A stretch of 64,000 nucleotides of DNA from Zancudomyces culisetae HAW-14-8 (taxonomy: Eukaryota > Fungi > Kickxellomycota). The stretch spans positions 3,782,001 through 3,846,000 of the forward strand of contig JBNJNM010000011.1 of assembly GCA_052426225.1 (NCBI GenBank), in the 5' to 3' direction. The notes under the pieces were generated by a model. That model was not told the origin of the DNA. It saw nothing but the letters and a program-made list of their open reading frames with translations, and searched no databases. This document shows positions 34,765 to 46,809 of the stretch, piece by piece. Position numbers and translations under genes: made by a program. How positions within the stretch are numbered: the stretch's first letter is position 1; each line of letters starts with the position of its first letter.

Positions 34765-37197
34765 ATGTCAGGAGGTAGTAAAGTATCAAACAAAGAGGAG
34801 AAGCAGAAGCGAATAGCCGTTGTGGGATCAGGCATGTCTGGAGTGTTATGTGCATGGGCATTAACACAGTATTCTCCACATATTGTAACTCTATACGAGC
34901 AAGGCGATGTAATTTTGCGATACGCAAAAACAATAGACTTTTTACCGCCGGGAATACCAGAAAAATGCACAGTAGATTTTTTACCAGAAACCCGAGTCCC
35001 AGTCGATGTGCGGCCCTTTTACTATAACGAAAAATTTGCACCAAATATGGACAGATTGTTTGATGAATTGAGGGTGGATACAGAATATAGCGAATTGGAT
35101 TTTGGAATGACCCAATGGGAAATCGATCATACAAAAGGAGGTCGAGGGATACGCGATAAAAACAATGGGGAGGATATTGGTTTAGATGGCGGAAGAAGTG
35201 ATGTGGGAATGATTAATGGCGAACCTGGGGGTGATGGTGATAATAGCGTTGAAGGTCTATTGGCGGAGAGGGAGAGGGAATTGAATGAGCAAATGAATGA
35301 AGACAATTTAGTGTCCTCACTGTTGATATCCTCAGAACAGCGTCGCAAAATATTAAGGCAAAGTCTCTGGCTGCCGAGGCGAGTGATAGAGATGGAATGG
35401 AGCAGTAGAGGAATAATAGGCACATTTTCGCAAATAAAAAATTTACTAAATATGAAGTACTTGCGAGCACTATTAGACCGACTTCGATTTATACTAGAGA
35501 TAAAAATGGAGGAGCAAGGGGAGCAAGGGGAGCAACAGATGATGTTTTTGGCAGAGAACAGGCAAGGGATTGAGGACTATTTGAGGAACCGAGGATATTC
35601 AAAATACTTTTTGGACTACATAATGAGTCCAATTATATCATCAATACTATGGAAAAATGATCATACACTTGCCAACAAAGTTCCTGCGTGGCTAATTAAG
35701 CGGTTTATTTCTGTTTTGACTAGAAGTGGTTCCGAATTTCCATTTTTCTTTAATGAGCGTGTTAAGGTGATAAAAGGAGGTAGTCGACGGTTGGTAGAGT
35801 CACTTAAAGAGGGATTACTGGATGTGAGACTAAACACAAAAGTGGTTAAAGTGTTTAAGAAAGGAGCAGAGAATGGCAATATAGATGTTGGAGAGGGCGC
35901 CGGTGTCATTGGAGAAGGTGATGCTGATAGAAATAGCAACAACCTGAACAAAAATGATACTATTATTGACGGCAGTAAGAGTGGAGGAGTACTAGTTGTA
36001 GATGCGGATGGGAAGGTAGAAGAATATGACATTGTGATTATGAACATCAATCCAAGTAAAGCGGCCGAGCTTCTAGGTAGGACAAATACTATAAATTCAC
36101 AACGCCAGGCTCTGCTCAACAGTTACAAGTTTACAGAAAACCGATTTGTTTTGCACACAGATTCGATTCTTTTGCCATCAAACCTAACAACATGGTCTTC
36201 GTTAAACAGTATTGATGCAACTATTGACGGCAAGCGCAGCACATGTACAACGATTTGGGGCAACAAACTGATGAATATCAACATGTTGTGTCACAGCTAT
36301 GTGTTTATTACAATTAATCCAATGATTGAGCCCAACCCGCGGATGGTTATCGATGATATGCGTTGCCGATCATTGGATTTGGCGCTTATTAAGCCCGAAT
36401 CGATTTTTGTTGTCCCCAATACTAACAGTATGAGTCCAGACAGCAATGCCAATAGCAATTCTAATACCAAAGCTGATGGCACCAATGCTATTAATAATAT
36501 TAACAGTAGCGAAAAGAGTAGTAGTGATAATAATAACAATAATAATAGATATGTTAGTAGTGGTGGTAGTAGTAGTGGTAGCATTATTAGTGCAACTAGC
36601 AACACCAGTATTTCAAATCCAAAATTTGCAACACAGTCACAACCACAACCACAACCACAACCACAGCCACAACCACAAACCCTCGACACAGATTGCATCA
36701 AGTTTGTGGGTAGCTGGTGTGGTGGATTTGGTTTGCTTGAGGACAGTTGCTACTCGGGTTTGAGTAAAGCAGTTGAATTAGGAGCTGAGCTTCCATTCGA
36801 CTTGAAACGGCCCGTTCTTTGGCGGAATCAACAATCGACATCCCCTTTGTTCATTAGCACCAACGCAAACGCAACTAGCAATGCCAGTATCAACCTTAGT
36901 ATGGGCGAAAGTGGGAAAGAAAGCAATTTAAAGAGAGCCAAGGGTGCAAAGGGTAAAAAGGTGCGATCCAAGAATAGTAGCAATAGTGGTAGTAGTAGTA
37001 GTGGTGGTGGTAGTGGTGGTAGAGACGGCGTCAGTGGAAATAGAAATACATCAGCAATACCCATCCAATTATTCCGTACATTTATGACCATATACCACTT
37101 TTTGGCGCAGGTTCTTGACTTTATTGACAAAAACCATATTGGAGTTACTGTTGGTATGTTGGTAGTTATAGTTTTTGGTCTATTTTTTAAGTTTTAG
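34765..37197 (+). CDS. Divergent FAD/NAD(P)-binding amine-oxidase-fold protein (COG2907-like) with C-terminal TM helix; ATG at 34765
   Basis: Rossmann motif KRIAVVGSGMSG, then VTLYE, VPVD..YNE..PN..LF.EL.V.T, IKGGSRR, LHTD..LLP...WSSLN and GSWC.GFGLLED. Hydrophobic C-terminus (IGVTVGMLVVIVFGLFF). The track's TTG start at 34651 is unlikely. Confidence 0.82.
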   Translation: MSGGSKVSNKEEKQKRIAVVGSGMSGVLCAWALTQYSPHIVTLYEQGDVILRYAKTIDFLPPGIPEKCTVDFLPETRVPVDVRPFYYNEKFAPNMDRLFDELRVDTEYSELDFGMTQWEIDHTKGGRGIRDKNNGEDIGLDGGRSDVGMINGEPGGDGDNSVEGLLAERERELNEQMNEDNLVSSLLISSEQRRKILRQSLWLPRRVIEMEWSSRGIIGTFSQIKNLLNMKYLRALLDRLRFILEIKMEEQGEQGEQQMMFLAENRQGIEDYLRNRGYSKYFLDYIMSPIISSILWKNDHTLANKVPAWLIKRFISVLTRSGSEFPFFFNERVKVIKGGSRRLVESLKEGLLDVRLNTKVVKVFKKGAENGNIDVGEGAGVIGEGDADRNSNNLNKNDTIIDGSKSGGVLVVDADGKVEEYDIVIMNINPSKAAELLGRTNTINSQRQALLNSYKFTENRFVLHTDSILLPSNLTTWSSLNSIDATIDGKRSTCTTIWGNKLMNINMLCHSYVFITINPMIEPNPRMVIDDMRCRSLDLALIKPESIFVVPNTNSMSPDSNANSNSNTKADGTNAINNINSSEKSSSDNNNNNNRYVSSGGSSSGSIISATSNTSISNPKFATQSQPQPQPQPQPQPQTLDTDCIKFVGSWCGGFGLLEDSCYSGLSKAVELGAELPFDLKRPVLWRNQQSTSPLFISTNANATSNASINLSMGESGKESNLKRAKGAKGKKVRSKNSSNSGSSSSGGGSGGRDGVSGNRNTSAIPIQLFRTFMTIYHFLAQVLDFIDKNHIGVTVGMLVVIVFGLFFKF

Positions 37198-37373
37198 TTA
37201 TATTCCCCTTAATCCGCTTTATACATCCATGTGATTTTTAATTATCAATTATCAATTAAAAACTTAAAACTATACGCAAAAAAATAAAATAAAAGTAAAA
37301 GTAAAAAAGTCCAAGAATACTAAAATGCAAATGTGAGAACAAAACAATAAGTGGAAAACCCAAAGAAATATAT

Positions 37374-39926
37374 TTATAACTGATTCATAATTCTAATAAT
37401 TAAACCACTAGCTTCAATCGCACCCATGTCAAGCTTTTCAATGTCGGCAACCAGCACGCGCTCATTTGTCTCATTTTTTGGAGTAGGACTCAAGGTAGGC
37501 TGGCCGTTCCGGTTGTAATAGGCCGACTTGATGTTTTTCAAAAAGCGCAACAAGTAAAAATACGTGTTTTCGCCATCTGCATCAGTACCACCATTTTCAG
37601 TATTGCTGGTATCGGCATTCGCATCAACATCCATATTGTTGTTGATATCCAAATCGCTGTTAATAGTACAAGATTCCAGGAGAGGCGACAAAATCCGCAC
37701 AATGATTTTGAGAAGCAGGTTCACCAGCTCGGCGGGGTATGGCGTGACAATGGTCCGCACCACGCGCGAAATGTAGAAGACGACCAGACTGATGTCGATG
37801 GACTGGCCCAGTACCAGTCCGTAGAAAAAGCGCGTGGTTTGGAGCGAGTAGCCCATACCAGCCAAATTAATCATCAGCTGCACCACCATCTTGTATAGAT
37901 CTGCCTGCTTTTCCGGCGGAAATTGCTCAATTCGCGCCTGCATCAGGATCTTGCGGTACACTCCAAACACCATTGGCCGCAGTGCTGGATGGCGGTACGC
38001 CAGCTCTTCCACCACCAGCAGCGGCATCGGCACCACTTCCCCCTGCCGTAGATAGTACGTCTCCAAGTATGCAAAGTTATCGGCGCAAACCACAACACTG
38101 CTTATCCATTCCACTATCACCATCGCTACAAGCGGCGTCTTTGATATTTCCACCAGCCACCGGATCTTCTTGTTGAAGTCTATTGACGTTGTGATTGGCT
38201 CCAGCCGCTGCCTCAGCTCCCTCAATACCTTTACGTACTCGTACACGCTGTTCTTTACTCTTAGTATCTCCTGTGCTTCGCTATCGTATTGCTGCTCCCC
38301 GTGTACATCCCTATCATTAGCCACTACAGAATACGCAATCAACCACATATACTTTTCTTCCAAGGTGTCTCTCAGCATCCCCCGGTTGTGTTGCGACTTT
38401 TGTTGTTGCTCCTCCTGTTGCTGTTGTTGATTCTGTTGTTGCTGTACCATATTGTCGTCATTTATATCTTTTCCAAGATCAACAAATCCAAACACCTCAC
38501 GTATCAACACCCCTAAAATCTCCCCACTTCTGAGAATCCCCACCCGCGGTATTTGCGACAACGATGTTGCTGACTCTAATGAATCGTGGTATGCCCTATA
38601 CAGCGCAAGCACGTCTCCAGGAGCTGCCCTGTCACTCTGTAGCATAGACTCCAACGCAGACGATAAACTGTCTCGTCCCCCAACCTCCATTCCTTCCAAC
38701 AAAATCTGTATCCTGGTTCCTACCATTGGCCGTTCGTACATCTTATACAATCTACTCCGCATCGCCTCTATTATTCTTTGTAGCACATACCCCTTTTCTC
38801 CTGCCCTTTGTTGCGCCTCTTTCATAATATACAGCCCCAAAAAATACGTATGCTCCCTATGTCCCATCAGCTGCCACAGCCGCTCCATCACTACCTCGTC
38901 GTCCTCAATTTCCACCTGTCCATTTGTTTCTACTTTTTTACCTCCTTCGATTTCGTTGTGTGCAAGCGCCTCAATATTATCCGTCAGCATTTTGTAAAAC
39001 ATTTTTATATGCAAACTCGCCCCATAGTTGCTGCTACCCATGTATTGCTCTTCATGTCCAAACCCCAGTCGATTCTCACTCCCATTATCTTCCTCTCCCT
39101 CCTCCTCGTCCCTTTCTTCCCCCTTATCATCGCTTTCTCTTTGCTCCCCGCTGCCGCCCTCACCATCCCTCTCATATCCAACCTTCTCTGAAATCTTTTG
39201 TACCAACCTGTTCAAGAATTCAGAATTCGGACATTGCTCCGCTATTTCGTATATCATCTTCAAACATTCCTTGTTTTCTATAATCTCGTCGATTTTTTCC
39301 TGTTCGTCCTATTTTTGTTTTACCCCCGATATTACTAGAATCATGCTTTACAAACATAGCAAAAGTTTAATCACCCTATATTTAAAATACCTACCACTTC
39401 TTCACCCTGAAGCTGACCACCATCCCCATCTGTTTCTGCCGACATATGTTTCGCCTTCATTTTCTTGCTTGCTTCTTCATTAAATATCTCCAAAAGCGTT
39501 TGTTTTACCGCCGCATATTTAAGTCTCTTCCCAGTCTCTCCCATCTCATCCACCTCTCCCAACTCTTGTTTTTTATCCGCACCATCTGCAAAGCTTGATT
39601 CGTATTGCCTTGCCAGTAAATTACAAAGTGCCGCATATCCTCTATATCCCTCTACAAGTGCCCTCAGAACTTTGATTGGCGGTCCGCCATCCATTATGTA
39701 TTTTTCTGCTATTTGTAGTGTTTCTTTGTTCATTATCGCATCTATTTGCCCATTGATTTTTGATTGTTAGCTTTGTTAGAGGTACATTTATTGAATTCAT
39801 TGCGCCACCCAAAAATAATCAAATGTAGATGTTAGGAATCAAGCACCCAAAATTACCTTCTTCGCTGAATCTTCCCAGTGCCTCCTGCATTTCCCTATCC
39901 TTTTCCCTCTCTTTAGTCTCGTCCAT
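37374..39926 (-). CDS. NELFCD: Negative elongation factor C/D (TH1 family), 3 exons (39926-39857, 39741-39395, 39308-37374), ~783 aa
   Basis: Collinear TH1-like blocks: DAIM..KYIMDGGPP..L.EGYRGYAALCNLLA; IAEQCPNSEFLN..IS; HREHTYF; PGDVLALY; P.VGILR; KYMWLIAY; LVVEELAYRHPALR; DISLVVFYI. The splice model is frame-consistent. Confidence 0.85.
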
Positions 39927-40725
39927 CTTACTAGTACAAACCCGAACGCGTTCCTTTATGGATTTTGGATATATTTTTTTTATTCCAAAAATTAAAACGA
40001 TTCTTTTAAAATAACTCGCAGTTTTTCATTTTCATCCCCTATTTTTTCCCCCGTCCATTTTTTACTTTTTTTTTTTTTTTTTTGCAATGCTTTGTTTTCG
40101 AATTCTTGTACCATTTGATTATGTTTAATTTAATTTATTTAATTTAATTTTTTATTTAATGTATTTTTTTTTTGCTCGTTGTAATACCAATGATCAACAA
40201 TTAATATAACGAAATAAAATCGTCACAAAGAAAAAAAATTTTCAACTGACCGTTTTGCGTTTTCTCATCAGCACAACTCTTAAAATATCAGAACTCTAAG
40301 GACAAAAGTGAGATTCGTTTACCGTGTGTAATGTCTCGGCGATAACCTCCATAAATACTAGCGATAATAGATGCAGTAGATGCAAAAAATTAGACTAAAT
40401 CTCTCTATTTTATTCATGCTTCTTCCTCTTTCACTCAATATATACAAGAAAAGAAAATCATTCTATTCTACAACGATGCGTGGTATATGTCATAAAGACA
40501 TGTAAATACAAAAAAAAAAGGTGCAAAACTAAAACAAAAACAATCTGTTTTTACTATCCCTGTATCCTCACACGACTGTTGCAAGATTGGTTTCGTAGTT
40601 ATCTATAAAACTCTCAACATCTCTCTGGGTGTAGTCTTTGGTTCTCTTTGAACAAATTTTCCTGTTTCTGTTCTATAATTCATAACAAATCATCTTTTAA
40701 TATAATAATCTATCACTACACATTT

Positions 40726-41250
40726 TTATGTACTTACTATAATTGTTACAACCACGAGTACCATATCTGCCAACATCAGTACCACAATAAAAACCACAGC
40801 GAACAGATGTAGTCCCAAGGTATTTTCATTATTCCAGTTCTCATTATCTTTTTTTTCTTTCAGTTTTTTTACCAACATAAGCACTGCATATACACACAGA
40901 GAACATAGAAATAAAAGACCAACTATCTCGGCTATTATGACCACCTTAAAAAACTCTTTTACTCGAGAAATATCCCATTGTTTAAACTCTTCAAGCTCCG
41001 CACTACTATACTCCTCAATGTCAGAAAAACGGCCATGTTTTTTTGGCCTTTTTGATTTTTTTGGCCTTTTTGACTTTTTTGATTTTTTACTACTTTTTGA
41101 TTTTGTTTTTACTTGGGTATGCAGTGGTTCGATTGTCTTCGTATCTACGCTCATAGTCGTACTCATATTTTGGTCCGTTATATATCCTCCATCACTTCCC
41201 TCTCCCTCCCCTTCACCACCACTCTCCTTCTTTTCTAATTTATATTCCAT
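40726..41250 (-). CDS. Hypothetical membrane protein (174 aa), Lys-rich N-terminus, two C-terminal TM helices
   Basis: ATG-initiated ORF with a KKSKKSKRPKKSKRPKK repeat. Hydrophobic segments VVIIAEIVGLLFLCSLCVYAVLMLV and LFAVVFIVVLMLADMVLVVVTIIV. Confidence 0.7.
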   Translation of the reverse strand: MEYKLEKKESGGEGEGEGSDGGYITDQNMSTTMSVDTKTIEPLHTQVKTKSKSSKKSKKSKRPKKSKRPKKHGRFSDIEEYSSAELEEFKQWDISRVKEFFKVVIIAEIVGLLFLCSLCVYAVLMLVKKLKEKKDNENWNNENTLGLHLFAVVFIVVLMLADMVLVVVTIIVST

Positions 41251-42984
41251 CGTAAAATTATGTCGTGCTTTTCTCTCTTTCTCTCGCTTTTATGAGTAAA
41301 AAGAATCCTCCGTTTGCTTATTGAAGCACCCCTATATTTTCGCTTTACCTATGTTGCTTTTCACCTAAATGATAAACTTGAGTATATCAAAATCCCTTGT
41401 ATAGAGTAAAAATTAAAGATTTTTATGGTAAAGGGTAGAAGTGTAGTATAACATCTATTCGCTTGGTATAGCCACTAAGCCTTTTTTTAAAAGAATTATA
41501 GTATGAGTTTTTATCGATATATTGAAAACTACCTAAATCTATTGAAATGCTTTAGATATATGTCACTGCTAAAGCTTTTATTATTACTATTATTATTAAC
41601 AACTGATACTATCAAAATAGTAAAAGTGAATATTGATTCCATAACACACTTTTCCGTTATTTACTTTATTTTCATGTTTTTTGTTTTACTTAGGAATTGA
41701 TGGTGCAGTATTGCAACACGGTTATTTGAGTACCAAAAGTAAAACCTGGGTCTGGCAAGTAGCATGGTCGATGTATATTTATTCATGGTTCCATAATTGA
41801 GCAAATGTTTTTTAGGAAAAGAGTTATCTACCATCACATCTCATCTGACTCGAAAATTTTCCTTTGGGATTAACAATCAAATCAAATCGAAAATACAACA
41901 GTAAACACATAAACGAATGAGAAAATGTAATAGTATTGGAGATAAATTAAATGAATAAAAGAGCATTAAAAGAGCGGGTAAACCAACTATGCCCATTAGT
42001 ATCTCTGGTGGATCAACAAGCAAATTACAAAATAATGTAACCCTTTTCTTTCTTTTTTTTTAAAAAAAAAACAAAAACCATAGCTGTCTACGGGGAGAGC
42101 GTGCGAACATCATCAAAAAGAGTTGCATCTTTCAACACTGCCAGTGTTGGAGCATCGTACACAGGATTAATGAATGGCTACTACTAATACACCTTTGGCT
42201 AGATTCTTTCGTTAATTTGCCATTGTCACATTAAAGTCATTTCCTTTTCTAGTTTGATACTTTTGGACAGTTTGGTTAATTATTACCATTGGTGGATGCG
42301 ATCACAACCAAATTCGAGGTACCGCATCATGGTTAATGGTGTACACGTTGCGGTGTATGACTTTAACACGGATTTTATTGGTATTTGTATAGTGTATAGC
42401 ACGATTAGTTTTTCTTGGTGTAGTTTTTATATAGGCAGGTTACTACTGCTGAAATGTAATACAGCAAAAAAAAAAACAAAAAGTGAAATGCAACTATGCA
42501 GCAAAATCAAAAAGGCTCACACGCCCTATCTGGCAAGCAGCTATAAGTAACCTTTTATAACAAAAACAGTTTTTTTTTGCAAATGAGCCAAGCAAACTGA
42601 ATATGAAGAGTTCAAAATGTTAGCACAAGGCTCAATTATCAAATAAGTAAATTAATTGCAAATCTAATAAGCTGTATAAAAACAATAATCCTATATAAAG
42701 CCTTCAAAACTAACAAGGCACTAAAAGCAAGAGCTTTAAAAGGTGATAAACTACAAAAAAAAAGAGAAAAGAACAGGGCCAAGGGTTGCAAATGATAGTG
42801 GAAATATGAGATCTAGACACACTACACAGGACTATAAGTAGAGTGCCCCAAAAAGCAAAAAGCCCAAAACCCAGACTCCGAAAAATACTAGGAAAAGGAA
42901 AAGACAGTGTGTGGTACAGAGACATAAACAAATAACACAACCGGGCATTGAGGCTTTTTTGGGGGGGAAGAGGTCCAGGGTCAT

Positions 42985-43625
42985 TTAGCCGATTCGGTTA
43001 AAGCTGCGCCCACCTCGAGGTAGATCGTCCAATTTAGGATTCTTCTTCTCCAGCTCTTTGCGATCCCGCTTCAAAAAGTCAAAAGTACATTGGTGCTGGT
43101 CTGGAAACTTGTGAACATCACAAAACACTTTGTCGCACCGACATTTGTTTGTGGCTTGCTTGACAAGCGGGATCTTGAGTCGACATACTCCACATCTACC
43201 TTTACTAACGGTGGCTTTCGCAGGAGCGGGTATTGTCTTCGATGCTTGAACCTGCTCAAGATTCGAAGCACAACTAGTTTTAGATTCCACTGCTAATCCA
43301 GAGTCGATTAGCTCTTCAATTGTTGTGCTCGCAGCAGTATCTTTTTTTTCAGTACAGGGGTTCATCACTGCTGTTTCATTCCCGCTTTCTGCGATTTTTG
43401 TTTCCTGTGAGCTTTCGCAATTTTTCTGTGTTTCTTTAAAACATTTCGAGCACATGTTTTGGTAAATTGGGTTTCTAGAATGAATTGAATTTATTGTTAA
43501 ATTTATCATCCATGCCTTCAAAAAAAGACAACAGTAAGTATGATAGAACAATTTACTTACCCATAGAAACCACAATTCTTTATGCAAAATTCGGGTGAAG
43601 CCTGAGCATCCGTATTCTTTTCCAT
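42985..43625 (-). CDS. A20/AN1 zinc-finger protein (ZFAND5/6-like), 2 exons (43625-43561, 43474-42985), 184 aa
   Basis: Splicing restores the A20 finger CIKNCGFYGNPIYQNMCSKCF. C-terminal AN1 finger CGVC..CRC..FCDVH.....HQC. Confidence 0.92.
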
Positions 43626-45392
43626 CTTTAAAAATAAATCTACGCACTACCTATGTATACCTCTAATTTTCCCTACCAAGATTTCGTTTAATTTGTTGAA
43701 AGAAAGAAAGCTATACCAAGAAAAATAGGAAAACAAATTATACTTTTTCGCTTAAATTCTTGTAGCAAGAATTGTGGTTTATTAATATTTTTCTGTTTTA
43801 GTTTACCCATTTAAAATTAGTAGTTTTAATCTACGGGAAAAAAGTATGTTGTTAAAAATGATAATACTATTGGTTTTTTTGTTTCTGCTTGCGTAATTAT
43901 TTGCTTATCTGCAAGTGCTTTTTGTCATTTCAGATGAATTACAAAAAATTACTGAATAATGGTTTGCTGGGAAAAAAGACCAAATAAATAATGAGCTATA
44001 CATAAGTATCACAAAAAATGAAAAAATTAAATTAGGTGACAATAGAGTGAGTTTCATTCCTTGCCAGCTTTACTGGGATAAACAGGATTTAATTGACAAA
44101 GGTTAAGGAAAAGGGGAATTGGAATTGGCCGATTATTCTATAACGGAAAAAGAAATATGCATCAAAACCAAGGGGAGGAAAAATGAATTGCATTTTTTAT
44201 AAAAGCCGATAAGCTTATTACAAGATTCCTAATGGGCAATGTTTTGTCAACTCAAAGCAGAAAAGTTGTCAAACCATTCGCTTTTACCAGAAACAAAATA
44301 TGCTGCGTGTAGAGAATAATAAATCGCCACAATTATAGCGTGTTTTTTTTTTTTGCAAAAGCGAATTCACTAAATGTTTATGTCTGTTTCAAAAATATAG
44401 CACATCAAATTAAAAATGACCCTTCAAAACCAACCTCAACCTCTTCACATTACCAATCCAGGAGCAATAATATATTTGGGCTACATAGCTAGAATTAAAA
44501 ATAGCGGCCGGGCCTCCCCTCTCTATTTTTACACTATTTTCAAAGAGATATCTTTCTTTAAGTTTAACATGCCCTCATACAAACTCAAATCGAGCACCAC
44601 TTAAAAAAGCAGTTTTAAATGAGATACACATCCTTCACACCACTACGTTGTTATAAAAAAACATCAATATTGCTTATGTTATATATTTCTTGTGCTATGA
44701 ATACCAACGTAAATAAATCTAGCAATGCTCTTATATATAAAAAGTTTTTTTATACAAAAGATAACAAAGATGAAAGTAGAAATAAGAAAAAATGAAAATG
44801 AATAAGCTGGGTAATACCATTGTGGATAGTTAAAGTGGCATGGAAACATATTGCTTTTTTGCTTTAAATTCTTAGCGATGTAACACACCCACATCACTTT
44901 TATTCGTCGGGGCTTCTTAAATAGTTGTACTTTGGAAGAGAGGGGAGGGAGCTGAGAAGACAAAACGCAAAATTCAAATACAACATGGGATAGTAGTCCT
45001 TTAAGATATAAAATATATGGTTGTCACATCTTTATGGCATACTCAACTACCCTCCATCACTGGGTCGTTGTGTAAACAAGTTGGTTCTCTGTAATAATTA
45101 GAAACCAGGAATATACACCTTGCTATAACGTATGCTATCGGATAATTTAGATGTATTGTTGTGGATCAGAAGGGGGAGGGGGGGGGGTTATACCTCAGGG
45201 AATACAGTTCTCTTCTATTTTATACAATTTCTTCAGCATGTAATAAGATAATCAAAGCTAAAAGAGATGAAATCTTTATAGGCGGCCCTGGGATGGTTAA
45301 AAAAAAGGAAATTTTATATTAAAATAAAATACTAGAGCCTGTAATGGTGATGTTAGCATTGTTGAGTTAATTTGAATTCTAAAGAAAAACGA

Positions 45393-46809
45393 TCAAAACA
45401 AAGATGATAAAAATATATCGTCCACAACTTCTGTAGGAACGTTTTCGCTACTTTCCAAGGTTTGATGTAAAGGAGTATTCGCCAAACTGCTCTTTTGAAC
45501 AAAGGGAGACTTTAACAAGATGAGTTTAGGTGCTGAGCCGACAAGCATGGAAATAGATCCGATATCAGAGTCAATGTGGCATGCAGGTTTTGAAGGCAGC
45601 TTGCGAGAAGAGCTGGATATATCGCCCGCCACATCTACGAAAACGGGTCTCGGTGGGTTCTTGCCAAGAAGCTGTCTTATGATATGTATCTTTCCTTCGT
45701 CAGAACTATAAAATAGGGTATTAAATGGCTCAAGAAGTGGCGTTAAGGTATGATGATCAGCCCTTGAGCTCGAACGCGAATCGGGACTCGTGTATTCAAC
45801 ACTTGGTATTTTTTGAAAGAACGAAGACTCTAAGGCTTCGCTGCTATTATCGAAGCTTTCTGAGATATAATCAGGAATACTGGAAAAGTGTGATCTATCT
45901 GAATCCGAGAATGTCAAGTCATTAGGATCTAAATTGGCCTCCATCCATTCGCTTGTTTGTGAACCATTTTCTACAGAGTCATTTGTACTGGTGGCATATG
46001 AAAAGTCAACATTCTCGTCTATTTGATTGTTTAAATTTCCTAATGAGCTAGGGCTTTGTAGGCTGGTGGTTACGGATGGTATATTCAAGGAACTCTCTTC
46101 CAGCAGTGCACTGCCTTTTTCGTCATAGTATGGTAGATATTGATCCGTACAAGCTATAATGTTATTCAGAACTAGTGCATTATAAATTGCTTTGAATTCG
46201 TTGAGGTTTACAACTTTTACCAACAAAAACACTTCATATGCGTCGGTTATCTTTTTCAAATACTCGTATATGTATGGTATGAACCTGATAGTCAATCTAT
46301 TTCCACTCCGTTCATATCGAAATAGCAACTATAAAAATAGCGAGCGACGTGGAAGAAGAACAAGAAGAAAGATTAGTACTAATCTAAATCAAAACGTGTA
46401 AATGTGTAAATGATAAAATGTGAAAATGTAAATCAAATTTTACCTGTTCTGCAGCAAATGTGACTCGTGGCTTTACAGTGCTTTTAGCTTTCGAGTGCGG
46501 TCCTCTTTGACTCGAGGATGCTGACGTGCTATCAAAATCAGAGCTTGTCTCGTCACCACGTTTCATTTTCTTGCCATTTTTGTCTCCTTGTTTTGTACTC
46601 TCCTCTCCATCATTTATATCTCCGTTTTCATTTCCGTTCCTGTCCTCTTCATTCTTTTTTGAATCCTTAGTTGCATCCTCGGTGCTAACAACTTGGTAAA
46701 ACACAAGTCCTACTAGGGCAGCCACTCCAACTATGACAAGCGCCTTTTTATGTTGCCTAAGGTTTCTCCTTAGGCATCTCTTAATTTGGTTAAAGGATTT
46801 TTCAGCCAT
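45393..46809 (-). CDS. Pex22-like peroxisomal membrane protein (plant/protist type), 2 exons (46809-46444, 46328-45393), ~433 aa
   Basis: Basic residues followed by an N-terminal TM helix (VIVGVAALVGLVFYQVV). Blocks YEVFLLVKV, LFYSSDEGKIHIIRQL and HIDSD resemble plant Pex22 (LFCSTE.G...VRQL...HID) from memory. Phase-0 GT-AG intron. Confidence 0.62.
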
